The translations under genes were made by a program, and so were the position numbers. The notes below the pieces were generated by a model. The model saw only the letters and a program-made list of their open reading frames with translations. It had not been told where the DNA came from and made no database searches. Below are positions 40,142 to 54,700 of a stretch of 64,000 bases of DNA, one piece after another (the first letter of the stretch is position 1; every line of letters starts with the position of its first letter). Source of the stretch: Nemertoderma westbladi (Eukaryota; Animalia; Xenacoelomorpha); assembly GCA_032718475.1 (NCBI GenBank), contig JAUCBJ010006059.1, positions 17,727-81,726 on the forward strand. Reading direction: 5' to 3'.

Positions 40142-41299
40142 ATGTCTGAGAATATAGGCATCCCAGAAGAAGGCAAGAAGCTGTTTGAGAGCTTAAAGAA
40201 AGATAAGTTTCCAGACCTATCCGGTCACAACAATTGGATGGCAAAGTGCTTAGTTGCTAAAAAGGATATTTACACAAAGCTTTTCGACAAGAAAACTAAA
40301 AATGGATTTAGTTTTTTGGACGCGATAAAGACAGGAATATGTAACCCGGGCCACCCGTTCATAATGACAGTAGGTTGCGTCGCTGGTGACGAGGAAAGTT
40401 ACACTGAATTCGCTGATCTTTTCGACCCTGTGATCGACAAACGCCACGGTGGTTACGGGAAAGACAGAAAACACGTGACCAACCTCGACTACACGAAGCT
40501 GAAGGGCGGAGACTTGGATCCCAAATACGTGCTGTCGTCGAGAGTTCGTACGGGCCGCAGCATAAAGGGTCTGGCGCTGCCGCCGTTCACCAACAAGGAA
40601 GATCGCAAGAAAGTAGAGAAGATAATCACCGCGGCCCTGGACACGTTAGATGGGAAGTTCAAGGGGAAATACTACTCGTTAGAAACAATGTCCGAGGCAG
40701 ACCAAGATAAGCTGATAGAAGATCACTTTCTGTTTGACAAGCCAGTCTCCCCGTTGCTGACAGCTTCCAATATGGAACGCGATTGGCCATCCGCGAGAGG
40801 AATTTGGCATAACGAAGATAAAACCTTCTTAGTTTGGGTGAATGAAGAAGACCATAGCCGCGTCATATCAATGAGGAAGGATGGGAACATGAAGGAAGTG
40901 TTCAAGCTGTTCTGCGAAGGTCTCCAGAAGGTCGAGTCGTCGATAAAGAAGGCAGGGAACTCGTTTATGTGGAACGAGCATTTGGGATTCGTGCTCACCT
41001 GCCCTAGCAATCTGGGCACCGGGCTACGGGGTGGTGTCCACGTCAAACTCCCCAAGATGTCGGCCCACAAGGAGTTCGATAATGTGTTGACCCGTCTTCG
41101 CTTGCAGAAGCGCGGCACTGGCGGCGTCGACACCAAGGCAGAAGGGGGAGTGTTCGATATATCCAACGCCGATAGGCTGGGATTCTCCGAGGTTCAGTTG
41201 GTTCAATTCGTCGTCGATGGAGTTAACCTGCTCGTCGAGATGGAGAAATGCCTGGAGGCAGGTAAAGACATCAAAAGTCTCATCCCCAAACAGAAGTAA
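40142..41299 (+). CDS. CK: Creatine kinase (single-domain, cytoplasmic type), intronless CDS
   Basis: 385 aa; [60 protein letters not shown]; CK-type specificity residues; no transit peptide. Confidence 0.93.
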   Translation: MSENIGIPEEGKKLFESLKKDKFPDLSGHNNWMAKCLVAKKDIYTKLFDKKTKNGFSFLDAIKTGICNPGHPFIMTVGCVAGDEESYTEFADLFDPVIDKRHGGYGKDRKHVTNLDYTKLKGGDLDPKYVLSSRVRTGRSIKGLALPPFTNKEDRKKVEKIITAALDTLDGKFKGKYYSLETMSEADQDKLIEDHFLFDKPVSPLLTASNMERDWPSARGIWHNEDKTFLVWVNEEDHSRVISMRKDGNMKEVFKLFCEGLQKVESSIKKAGNSFMWNEHLGFVLTCPSNLGTGLRGGVHVKLPKMSAHKEFDNVLTRLRLQKRGTGGVDTKAEGGVFDISNADRLGFSEVQLVQFVVDGVNLLVEMEKCLEAGKDIKSLIPKQK

Positions 41300-41970
41300 T
41301 ACAAGACTCAATGAAATACTATTCATGTTAACTCTCACTTTATCTAGAAAGTCTTAATAATTTACCGGTGTCGTTTACTTTCAATTTTGCAAATCACATA
41401 TTGATGTATTGTCGTTAGCAAAGCTAGTATATTTCATTTCTGTCCCTGTAGAAAATGAGGCAGGGGGAGGGGGGGGGGGGGGGGGGGGGGGGTCTGAATT
41501 AGCTGTAATCGTTATAATATATTCACGGCGAAGCCCCGAAATAGATTGATGAACGCATCAAAATTTAAAGATCACCCTACACCAAGTCCCGGAAGATAGT
41601 GTCGTAATGCAGTGTCCCCCCCCTCCCCACCCACCAAAACTGTTATACAAATCTTAATAAGATTGCATGAAATTAGAAACAGAGATGGTTTCACCTCCCT
41701 TTCTGGGTGCGCCAGAATCATTATTTTTGCTTTCATTCTAAATTTTATTAGACTTTCATTTTAAAAAGTTGTCTTCGTAGATATTGTACCAGTTTCACCG
41801 CCGCTAATGGATAGTTGGCCGTGCAAGGATTCAAAATATATAACACAATCTAAATTTCGTTGAAATATAGCTGATATGATGGCGTTCGACAGTTGCATGG
41901 TTTTGCACCTGCGCGAGGCTATTTTATTCTATTCAATAAATATACCATATTCTGTTTTAACTGTTTGTTT

Positions 41971-42070
41971 GACACAGCTTTTGCAAAGTCGGCAATGACG
42001 TCCAGGTGGGATCGAACTGGTGACCTCCGGGTAGGAAGTCTGACGCTCTAACCATTCAGTTAGCGGCTCA
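41971..42070 (-). mobile_element. tRNA-derived SINE head, inverted partner at 42362-42433
   Basis: Minus strand TGGTTAGAGCG (A box) and GTTCGATCCC (B box), followed by GGACGTCATTGCCGACTTTG shared with the second copy. Confidence 0.65.
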
Positions 42071-42638
42071 GGTAAAAGATAGACCTGGAAATACTATCTG
42101 ATACCTTGTATGTTCGCAATATACCTCCTCATGGCTTCCCATCTGCCAATACCATCATCTGCTGCCACTGTGCTCGACCCTGCCGTACTTGGCCGTCTTT
42201 CACCACTCGCTACAATGAAAGGGCAGTGTATATTAACCATGAACCATCACGGCCACAATGATTAATTATACACTCTACCTATACTAATTTCGGAAGAACA
42301 GTTACACCCATAGTCACGTCGTGGTTAGAAACAAAGGCGGCCAAGTACTGTAGTACAAGTACTGACTTCCAACCGGGAGCTCACCAATTCGATCCTACCT
42401 GGACGTCATTGCCGACTTTGAAAAAGCTGTGCCCAACAAAAAGTTATAATAATGTGAAACCACTCATTTACCCATAAACCATAATACCAATATTCTGTTT
42501 TGGTATGTAAGAAACGTACTAGTATTATTTTTGATGTCTCGCAATGTTAGTTGTTACCCAGCTATTTATGAGATAAATAAAATGTTACAGTTAACAGAGT
42601 AATGTATTTATATTAATTAATTAGAATATAATAGCCTC

Positions 42639-45250
42639 TACTACTACTACTATGATCGGCATGCTACATTTTTAACATTTGTTACATTTGTAAGAATGCT
42701 GTGCCGGCTTGTCGACAAAATTGCGCCGCCACAACTCCCTATCACCCATGACATTTGCTAGAGCATCCGCATTTTCAAGGCCAGTGTCCTTTAAGATGCG
42801 TCTCAAGAAAGTCATGGGCTGTCCACCATGCTTATTCACTCAATGAGGCTGCCAAAGCAAAAGATTATGCACTGGCTGGTCCTCACGGCGAAAGCAATGT
42901 CCTGCAAAGCGGAGGCGACATTGTTCTAATGTCAAGCTTGGGGGAACCAATGAGACACTTCAAATGTTATATAGTGTCTGGTTGGAGATGTGTGCATTGT
43001 ACTTGACACAATGAACCCGGCGTAGCATTCTTGTGAATGTGCCATCCAAAGATTTGGTGTCCTCAGCATTAGAGACCAGCATGGACTCCTATAGAGGAGT
43101 ACTGGAACTACCGCTGCTCTAAATAATCGGACCTTAAGTTTCCGATTAATTCTCTGTGACTTCCAAATCCTGGAAAGCCTATTCAAGGCTGCCCTTGCCT
43201 TTCCCTTACGTATTTGAAGGTCCTCACCTGACTTCCGGATCCATGATCCCAGGTAACAGAAGTCGCCCACATGCTCAAGCATACCATCCTTTGAGCTTAA
43301 GCTCATCCGGTCAGAGACTTGCTGAGGACTTTCAAAGTTAACTGTCAAAATGTTGGTCTTTTTGGAGTTAATAAATAGACCAACACTAGAAGCAGCCTGT
43401 TCTAATGAGCGGAGGAGCCGTTGGGCTACCTCTAGTGATTCTGAAAGTACTCCTAAGTCATCAGCAAAGTCTATATCAGTTAGGTACTTGGCATTTATTA
43501 TAGGAAGGGATCTAGGGGTCTTAACCTCGAATGATAAGTTTATTTTACCGAAAATAACTTATCTTTTATTGGCGCAATTGTAGGACTAATCCCATCACAT
43601 GCGTAATTTTTAACCGGGTAGTGTACAAATTTAGGAATCGCGTAATTTTTCTTGAAATTAATATCTCATATCTCTCCAAACCACGTACGCGTTTCGACCT
43701 TCTTGCACATCAAGAAGCGAATCAAAAGCCTTGAAGAAGTCAACAAAGATAACAGCCAGACCTCAGAGGGAACACCATCTACACCACTGGCACGAATGGT
43801 CTTAATGCTCTTTGCAGCAGCCTTCACTTCTGCAAAGGAGATATCGCCAATGGGAATATCTGGGAGTACAGACTCAGACACTTTTACTTCTATAAAGTTA
43901 TCAGGCAATACCCTGTCATTATTGAGGAGCTTTTCAAAGTGGGCTTTCCAACCATTGAGGCGATCGGCTGGTGATTCAGCCTTAACCTTGGTGGTTGGTT
44001 GGCTTTTCCGCCCAGTAAGCAAGTTGATCGATTTCCATGCCTGGGATGATTGCCTGCTGTTGTCAGCATCATTGATGGCATCAACCTGTTGGTTTCTTAG
44101 CTCCTGCAGATTAACAGAGTACAGCCTGTTCAGGGACCTAGATGCAGCCTTAACCGTATTCTTGGCCGCTGTAGTGTGTTTGAGTCGGGACTCTTTCTGT
44201 GCCATATAGAGGTCATTTCGGCACTTCTGAATATTGTGGTCAGTCCAGGGGGCCCTTTTCCTGTTTCGAGGGTATACAGGAACTGTTTCTGCAGTTGCTA
44301 ACTTAACTGCTTCTGTGAAGACAGTATAGCCCTCGCAGTGATCTGCCGCCTCAGAGGCAAGAACCTCGTACCTGTTGCTCAGCTGTAGTGTGAAGCTGGA
44401 TCTCACACTGGGATGTTGCAACAGAGAGGACCAGTCATGCCGCGGCAAGGCAGATTTCGTTGTTGTGCTAGCACGCAGACTAAGTCTTACCTTGGCCACA
44501 ATAAGGCGGTGATCACTGGAGAAGGGTCGTAGTGTAAATGCATTACAGTCTTGTATAGAGCTCCTGTATTTCCTACGAAACAGGATATGGTCTATCTGGG
44601 ACTTGTGACTACTGGGTCCACTATGAGTCCATAGCTTTCCAGTTCGCTTCTTGAACTGGGTTCCAGCCGAAAACAATCCATTTCCAGAGATAAAATACTG
44701 AAGATGGACGGAATTTCGGTTAACACTATTGCTATAGACCCAGGGCGATGTAGGTGAGTGATGCAGACTTGCATTAAAGTCTCCCAGGAATGTTAAGAAT
44801 GCATGCTGATCCACTCCATCAGTAGCTGCTTGTAGATTCTGGTAGAAATTTTCCACCTCCTATACAGGGGCAACACTAGTTGGAGAGTAGCACACAATCG
44901 GAACCACCCTAGGAATCTTCTTAGCCAGTCTTCCAGAACATGAGAAGTGGCAACGGATGATGCGGTTAGAGATTTGGTCTATTTTGTCCAATGCTGCATG
45001 TGCAGTTGGATTCATCAATAGACCAATTCCACCATTGCCACTATCATCTGCTGAAGCGAGGGCGAGTCGCCAACCGCCCCCCATGTCCTTAATCAGAACC
45101 TCATCAGTCTGTCCAGTCTGCATTCAGTGCTCTTGAACACCCACTGCACTAAGAGAAAGCTTATCTGCCAAGGCGGTCAGCTCACCTTGTCGCATTGGGG
45201 ACCCGAGTGTTAGGGTGTTTACTGAGGCTAGTCTAGTGACTTGCCTCAGA
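42639..45250 (-). mobile_element. RTE-like non-LTR retrotransposon, degraded, RT core largely deleted
   Basis: APE motifs GDFNA, SQIDHILF, SDHRL; ASGVDGVPSEVW; FADD at about 43460-43471; FCYLGS; (TAG)n tail at 42639-42652; stops and frameshifts. Confidence 0.9.
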
Positions 45251-47423
45251 TTCACCAATGGCTTTGTTGGTCGGGGTGGAACATGAGAGTAGCCTCCAAC
45301 TCCAGAATCCCCATCCCCATCACAATCTTTGTTTGTATAGAGCTCCTATATTTCCTACGAAACAGAATATGGTACTTGTGACCACTGGGTCCACTATGAG
45401 TCCATAGCTTTCCAGTTCGCTTCTTGAACTGGGTTCCAGCCGAAAACAATCCATTCGCAGAGATAAAATCCTGAAGATGGACGGAATTTCGGTTACAAAT
45501 ATTCTCTACATTTCAAGAAAAAAACGCAGAATTGGACAGTTTTCGGAAAAAAGGTGGTTTTAACGCAAGCCGTGAGAAAAAACGCATTGCATTAAAAAAC
45601 GCAGCGGTAGGATTCCTGGCTTACAGAGTAATGTATTTATATTAATTAATTTGAATATAATAGCCTCACGTAGCCTCAAAACCATACAACTTACCAACGC
45701 CCTTATTATGCAACTTTTGAAGCCCATACTTCTGCTATTTTTCCAAGAAATTCAGATTGTGTAACATATATTTAGGAATCCTTGCATGGCAAGATTTCCA
45801 AAAGTTACAAATTAATATTTGTAAAAAAAAAATGGGTGGGGGGGGGGGGGGGGGGGGGTGGGTGTCCGTCCATGCACTGAATAACGAGACTATATTCCAG
45901 GACTGTTTAATTAATAGTAGCTCCGCTGAATCACTCATTCGTGTTCCTCAAACACGTTACCCTCGCCTCGGTTGCCGCGAGTTCCCATTATCCGGAACTA
46001 CACTTTGGAACCAACTACCTCATCAGAACATTTGCCTCACTCACTACTTCATTAAACCAATTGAAGCAACAATGGAGCAGCAAAAATGAAACTGTAACCT
46101 GTACATTTCAATGAAACCTGCTTCCCCCCTTAATTCAAACCTGAATTGAGACTTCTCCACCCTGTCTCATACCATTGTTCTGTAGCAGAGCGGACAAGCC
46201 AGGTACAGTAAGTATATTAGGGTTGAGTAGGAGGACAGTGGACAGTGTCTGCAAATTATTGGTAATGAATGTTGTGAAGCTATAAGACGTAAATAAATGG
46301 ATAAGTTTTTCATTCACAGATTATCACCCTCTAACACCAGACTAAATAACTGTTGATAGTTCAAGGTCCTCTTCAAGGTCCTCATAAAGACGCCAGACTA
46401 TGTCTAGCTCATTATTAAAGGTACCAGTTTCAACATATATATTATAAATAACGAAATCTCACTGTATATCATACATACTCGTGACCGTTATAATTTTCGT
46501 TTTGCATCTGAGTGAAGCAAACTGGGCGCCTCTTTGGTGATCATGGGGGTACGTAACAATGATAGGCGACCATCGCATGTCCTGCCCAGGGGACCATATC
46601 CTATCTCACGATTCGATGTAAACCCAACTTAGCTTTTGTGAAGCTGTCAGCGACAGACCAGCTCCATCATACCCGAACGTCAATGCCGACTTGATGTTTG
46701 GGCAAATTGTAATGCTATAAGACGGGTCATGGTGTGCCCTCTCCTCCCGAATCGCCAAATCACTGGTTGAATAATACAATTTAAACGCTTAAGCGCCATT
46801 TCTTAATGCCCCATTCTTGACGCAAAAACGCAGTAATGTCTGATTTAGTACCATATATACCACACATACCAGATAATACACGATAGCATAATAATTCTAG
46901 AACATTTTATTTAAATATTTGTTGCACATACTTCATGTTTTCCTGTTACTATTATCAAGTAACAAAAAGCCGTTATGTTGCAGACTTTTAGTATGGGGAT
47001 TATTTGGTGAAAATGCCTGCAGAAATTCGGCAAGTAAACATAGTGCATAAGGTAAACTAAAATTGCGATAATAAAAACAACAAACTTTAAATTATTGGCG
47101 GGGTGTGGGGGGGGGGGGATGTCAATAAATTGTGTCACTATTAGTCCAGGACAACGCGTATATCTATAACTTTTTAACTGGGGGTAGTATATGGCTTAAA
47201 TCGAGTATTAAGTCAGGTAGGTAGACACAAATAATAGTTACGTGCAAATGTTTGGGAAGTTGAAAATTGCATTACATTATAATTAAAAGGTTCATTAGAA
47301 GTAGTTAGAACTAAAACAAACGTCAATATCTACCATTTCATCCAGCACCCACCGACGAACTATCAAATATACTTGGTTGTTCCTAGTCCGAAAAGTCAAA
47401 GTAAATACTACAAAATAGGAATA

Positions 47424-49091
<1,668 letters not shown>

Positions 49092-50630
49092 TCAGTACGG
49101 TACTTCATACAATTTACAGTGAAGTAAGTTGCTACGATTGCAGATTGTGATCACCTTCAAACAGTCAACTCAACACCCTACAGCTGTACAGTCCAACTAC
49201 AGTACACAGCTGCACAGAACTCAGGAACTGGCTGGTTCTGATTGTCTGACCGCCAGGTGACTGTGTTCAGGTGTTGCATCTGTATGTTAGAAGGCAAAAA
49301 TTTTGAGAGAGAAATGAATTAGAACCTTCTCGCTTAAAAATGTCTGTATCACTGCAGGTACGGACGGGTGTTAAGCGGTTAGTAATGTCTCGGCCTAAGG
49401 CTGCCTGCACACTATCATGCTAAAATTTTCATAACAGGGGTTTTCGGGATTGGGATTTCATTCCGATGCCAGTTTTAATGTTACGTAGAATCTAGAAAAA
49501 GTAGAGACAGTGATAACTAAAGAACAAAAAAACAAAAATGTGAAATTTTTTAACCCAAGCTGCCAAGGAGAGGTCCCCCTCCTCCCTCAATATATATTAA
49601 ATATTGTTTAAAAAAAAGTAGACAATAATGTTTATTTCAGAGTTACTTAAGGTCATCCATATGGCTAATCATTTTCTTACATCAGCAATTCAGCCCATAT
49701 ATAAAATACCTCTACCTACCCATAGTCATCATACAGTCATAGGAAGTTGAGAATCTACCTAATATGACGTCAGCAGTCCATCATATACATTTGTCTAGCC
49801 TAGCTTAACAAGGGCTCCCTTTGCATGATTTTGCAACAATATATTTACTGGTACAGTAGTAATGGTACTTCTCACGAAACATCTTGTTGCTCTACTGACT
49901 TCCTCACACACAGAAACTGTTGTTTCGCAATATTGATCAGTTGATGAATGTGTCAAGTGACAGATACCTGACCCTCTAACAAGGACAGACTTTTATTGGA
50001 GAAACAAGTTGCTCTCTGTGTGAGGCTTTGGGGACCCTTATTTTGTAAATTATTATATTTATATGTAAGGTAATAATACTGAAACTAAAATAATTGCAAA
50101 TGGAAAGACTGTGTCTACCGGTAACAGCAACCGGAAACAAACAAGAATATGGCTGTACTGGCTCTTGTACTTCAGTCTGTACAGATGTAGGCCAACTTCC
50201 GTCCAATAGCATCTATGTCACTTTACATTCACAACCACAAGGCAGACTATTTTAACATTGCTGCATTGAGTTAAAGATAGCTTAGATAGACAACGAATAC
50301 CGGTACCATTAATAGGCCTAGCTACTTACCACTGAATACCACTGATAGCTTAGATCTAATAATAATATAATACCGGTAATAATAATAATACACTCTTTTA
50401 TTACATGTATTAATCATTAAACAGATAAAAAATAATTCTGTAGATTAAAAAATTAATCTGTAGATAGACAATGAATACCCTCAATCAGTCAATAGGCCTA
50501 CTTCTGACTTCTGTACATACAGACCTACCGATAGTACATAATACCACTTATAAGTATTTATTGAGCAAGAATACTGTCATAGGTAGGTAGGCCCTAAGGA
50601 AATATACATACCAGCATACAGGTTAACAGA

Positions 50631-51374
50631 ATGGCAAGTTTCGCTAAAGCCCACAAGTCGCAACAAAGAGAACATCGCGAACGGAGTCAACCCTCGCAGC
50701 GAAACCACCTCGGGTTACTCGAGAAGAAACGAGACTACAAACACCGATCCCGTAATTACCACCAAAAGCAGGATAAAATAAAACAATTACATAGATTGGC
50801 CGAGGAGAAAAATCCGGATGAGTTTTACTTCCACATGGTAAAAACCCAACTGGAAGATGGTCGGCATATGGAGGCCCAAGAGAGTGAGGAACTGTCTAGC
50901 GAACAGAAATTCTTGATGACAACTCGCGACATAAAATACGTCGCGCTGAAACGACAACAAGAAGCAAAGAAAGTAGAGAAACTTAAGGCGAATCTACACT
51001 TAATTAGCGTTGGAGGGCAAGAGCGACTAAATAAACACACAGTATTCGTAGATTCGGATGAGGAATTCCACGAGGCGAGTTACTTTAATACGGCCCCGGA
51101 ATTGGTAGATCGAACGTTTAATCGCCCCACCGCTCAACAGCTTAGCGATCGACAACTACAAGAAATTCCACCCGCGGGGAAAATGAACACGGCTAAAGCG
51201 TATAGGAGGTTGATAGCGCACGCTAAGCGGGAGCGGCAGCTAGCGGGGGTGGAGGCCAAAATGCAGGTCCGGAAGGATTTAATGGATAAACATAAAACGC
51301 AACGGAAACTAATAGTCCCCGCAACCGCAGATACAGCCGCCATTTATAGGTGGAAAACTAGACGATATAAATAG
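50631..51374 (+). CDS. UTP11: U3 snoRNA-associated protein 11, intronless CDS
   Basis: 247 aa; HRERSQP..LGLLEKKRDY, EKNPDEFYFHM, NKHTVFVD, NRPT, YRWK. Confidence 0.96.
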   Translation: MASFAKAHKSQQREHRERSQPSQRNHLGLLEKKRDYKHRSRNYHQKQDKIKQLHRLAEEKNPDEFYFHMVKTQLEDGRHMEAQESEELSSEQKFLMTTRDIKYVALKRQQEAKKVEKLKANLHLISVGGQERLNKHTVFVDSDEEFHEASYFNTAPELVDRTFNRPTAQQLSDRQLQEIPPAGKMNTAKAYRRLIAHAKRERQLAGVEAKMQVRKDLMDKHKTQRKLIVPATADTAAIYRWKTRRYK

Positions 51375-51767
51375 AATCGCGTTACAGTGGCGGTGGCAGG
51401 ACTATAGGACTACAGCTGGGTAGGAGTCGTTAGAGAAATAAACATCCAATAATAAATATAACGTGTTTCTATGTTATTACATTTGTTATTATCTGTTACA
51501 TTTATATTTATTTCAGTTCATAAATATTGGTATACAACTTGTCGATCATATAATATAGAAAGTACAGTGTGTTGTTGAACACACAGATGGTTGTCATTGT
51601 TAGACGAACGAACGATTGAATGAAAATGAAATCACGAAAATTCGTTACATTGTAACACGTGCCGTCGTGCGTGTAAGTTTTATTTACTTATTGATAGAGA
51701 AGAAACTGATGACAAAGTGCATTTGTAAACTATTGTTGTTAGAAAAAAATGCATTTTTTGGGATGTA

Positions 51768-54700
51768 TCCTTCGGGTTGCCTCCGGTAGAGAGGAGCCTT
51801 CGGGTTGCCTCTGGTAGAGAGGGGCCTTTGGGTTGCCTCAGGTAGTGCGGAGCCTTCGGGTGGCCTCAGGTAGAGAGGAGCCTTCGGGTTACCTCTGGTA
51901 GAGAGGAACCTTTGGGTTACCTCAGGTAGTGCGGAGCCTTCGGGTGGCCTCAGGTAGAGAGGAGCCTTCGGGTTACCTCTGGTAGAGAGGAACCTTTGGG
52001 TTGCCTCTGGTAGAGAGGAGCCTTCATGCTGCCTCAGGTAGAGAGGAGCCTTCGGGTTACCTCTGGTAGAGAGGAGCCTTCGGTTTGGTTCTACTAGAGA
52101 GGAGCCTTCGGGTTGCCTCTGGTAGAGAGGAGCCTTCGGGTGGCCTCCTGTAGAGAGGAGCCTTCGGGTTGCCTCAGGTAGAGAGGAGCCTTTGGGTTGC
52201 CTCAGGTAGAGAGGAGCCTTCGGGTTGCCTCTGGTAGAGAGGAGCCTTCGGGTTGCCTCAGGTAGAGAGGAGCCTTCGGTTTGGTTCTACTAGAGAGGAG
52301 CCTTTGGGTTGCCTCTGGTAGAGAGGAGCCTTTGGGTGGCCTCAGGTAGTGCGGAGCCTTCGGGTGGCCTCAGGTAGAGAGGAGCCTTCGGGTTACCTCT
52401 GGTAGAGAGGAACCTTTGGGTTGCCTCTGGTAGAGAGGAGCCTTCATGCTGCCTCAGGTAGAGAGGAGCCTTCGGGTTACCTCTGGTAGAGAGGAGCCTT
52501 CGGGTTGCCTCTGGTAGAGAGGAGCCTTTGGGTTGCCTCAGGTAGAGAGGAGCCTTCGGGTTGCCTCTGGTAGAGAGGAGCCTTCGGGTTGCCTCTGGTA
52601 GAGAGGAGCCTTCGGTTTGGTTCTACTAGAGAGGAGCCTTCGGGTTGCCTCTGGTAGAGAGGAGCCTTCGGGTTGCCTCTGGTAGAGAGGAGCCTTCGGT
52701 TTGGTTCTACTAGAGAGGAGCCTTCGGGTTGCCTCTGGTAGAGAGGAGCCTTCGGGTGGCCTCCTGTAGAGAGGAGCCTTCGGTTTGGTTCTACTAGAGA
52801 GGAGCCTTTGGGTTGCCTCTGGTAGAGAGGAGCCTTTGGGTTGCCTCCGGTAGAGAGGAGCCTTTGGGTTGCCTCCGGTAGAGAGGATCCTTTGGGTTGC
52901 CTCCGGTAGAGAGGAGCCTTCGGGTTGCCTCTGGTAGAGAGGAGCCTTTGGGTTGCCTCTGGTAGAGAGGAGCCTTTGGGTTGCCTCAGGTAGAGAGGAG
53001 CCTTCGGGTTGCCTCCGGTAGAGAGGCGCCTTTGGGTTGCCTCCGGTAGAGAGGAGCCTTTGGGTTGCCTCCGGTAGAGAGGAGCCTTTGGGTTGCCTCC
53101 GGTAGAGAGGAGCCTTTGGGTTGCCTCCGGTAGAGAGGAGCCTTTGGGTTGCCTCTGGTAGAGAGGAGCCTTTGGGTTGCCTCAGGTAGAGAGGAGCCTT
53201 CGGGTTGCCTCTGGTAGAGAGGAGCCTTCGGTTTGGTTCTACTAGAGAGGAGCCTTTGGGTTGCCTCTGGTAGAGAGGAGCCTTTGGGTTGCCTCCGGTA
53301 GAGAGGAGCCTTTGGGTTGCCTCCGGTAGAGAGGAGCCTTTGGGTTGCCTCCGGTAGAGAGGAGCCTTCGGGTTGCCTCTGGTAGAGAGGAGCCTTCGGG
53401 TTGCCTCTGGTAGAGAGGAGCCTTCGGTTTGGTTCTACTAGAGAGGAGCCTTCGGGTTGCCTCTGGTAGAGAGGAGCCTTCGGGTTGCCTCTGGTAGAGA
53501 GGAGCCTTCGGTTTGGTTCTACTAGAGAGGAGCCTTCGGGTTGCCTCTGGTAGAGAGGAGCCTTCGGGTGGCCTCCTGTAGAGAGGAGCCTTCGGTTTGG
53601 TTCTACTAGAGAGGAGCCTTTGGGTTGCCTCTGGTAGAGAGGAGCCTTTGGGTTGCCTCCGGTAGAGAGGAGCCTTTGGGTTGCCTCCGGTAGAGAGGAT
53701 CCTTTGGGTTGCCTCCGGTAGAGAGGAGCCTTCGGGTTGCCTCTGGTAGAGAGGAGCCTTTGGGTTGCCTCTGGTAGAGAGGAGCCTTTGGGTTGCCTCA
53801 GGTAGAGAGGAGCCTTCGGGTTGCCTCCGGTAGAGAGGCGCCTTTGGGTTGCCTCCGGTAGAGAGGAGCCTTTGGGTTGCCTCCGGTAGAGAGGAGCCTT
53901 TGGGTTGCCTCCGGTAGAGAGGAGCCTTTGGGTTGCCTCCGGTAGAGAGGAGCCTTTGGGTTGCCTCTGGTAGAGAGGAGCCTTTGGGTTGCCTCAGGTA
54001 GAGAGGAGCCTTCGGGTTGCCTCTGGTAGAGAGGAGCCTTCGGGTTGCCTCAGGTAGAGAGGAGCCTTCGGTTTGGTTCTACTAGAGAGGAGCCTTTGGG
54101 TTGCCTCTGGTAGAGAGGAGCCTTTGGGTTGCCTCCGGTAGAGAGGAGCCTTTGGGTTGCCTCCGGTAGAGAGGAGCCTTTGGGTTGCCTCCGGTAGAGA
54201 GGAGCCTTCGGGTTGCCTCTGGTAGAGAGGAGCCTTTGGGTTGCCTCTGGTAGAGAGGAGCCTTTGGGTTGCCTCAGGTAGAGAGGAGCCTTCGGGTTGC
54301 CTCCGGTAGAGAGGAGCCTTTGGGTTGCCTCCGGTAGAGAGGAGCCTTTGGGTTGCCTCCGGTAGAGAGGAGCCTTCGGGTTGCCTCTGGTAGAGAGGAG
54401 CCTTTGGGTTGCCTCTGGTAGAGAGGAGCCTTCGGGTTGCCTCAGGTAGAGAGGAGCCTTCGGTTTGGTTCTACTAGAGAGGAGCCTTTGGGTTGCCTCT
54501 GGTAGAGAGGAGCCTTTGGGTTGCCTCCGGTAGAGAGGCGCCTTTGGGTTGCCTCCGGTAGAGAGGAGCCTTTGGGTTGCCTCCGGTAGAGAGGAGCCTT
54601 TGGGTTGCCTCCGGTAGAGAGGAGCCTTCGGGTTGCCTCTGGTAGAGAGGAGCCTTTGGGTTGCCTCTGGTAGAGAGGAGCCTTTGGGTTGCCTCAGGTA

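Noticed and set aside
42125-42210. Possible minus-strand exon with AG/GT ends as a missing DNAJA exon
   Set aside because: No frame resembles DNAJA, and it lies between SINE copies and shares a motif with SINE flanks.
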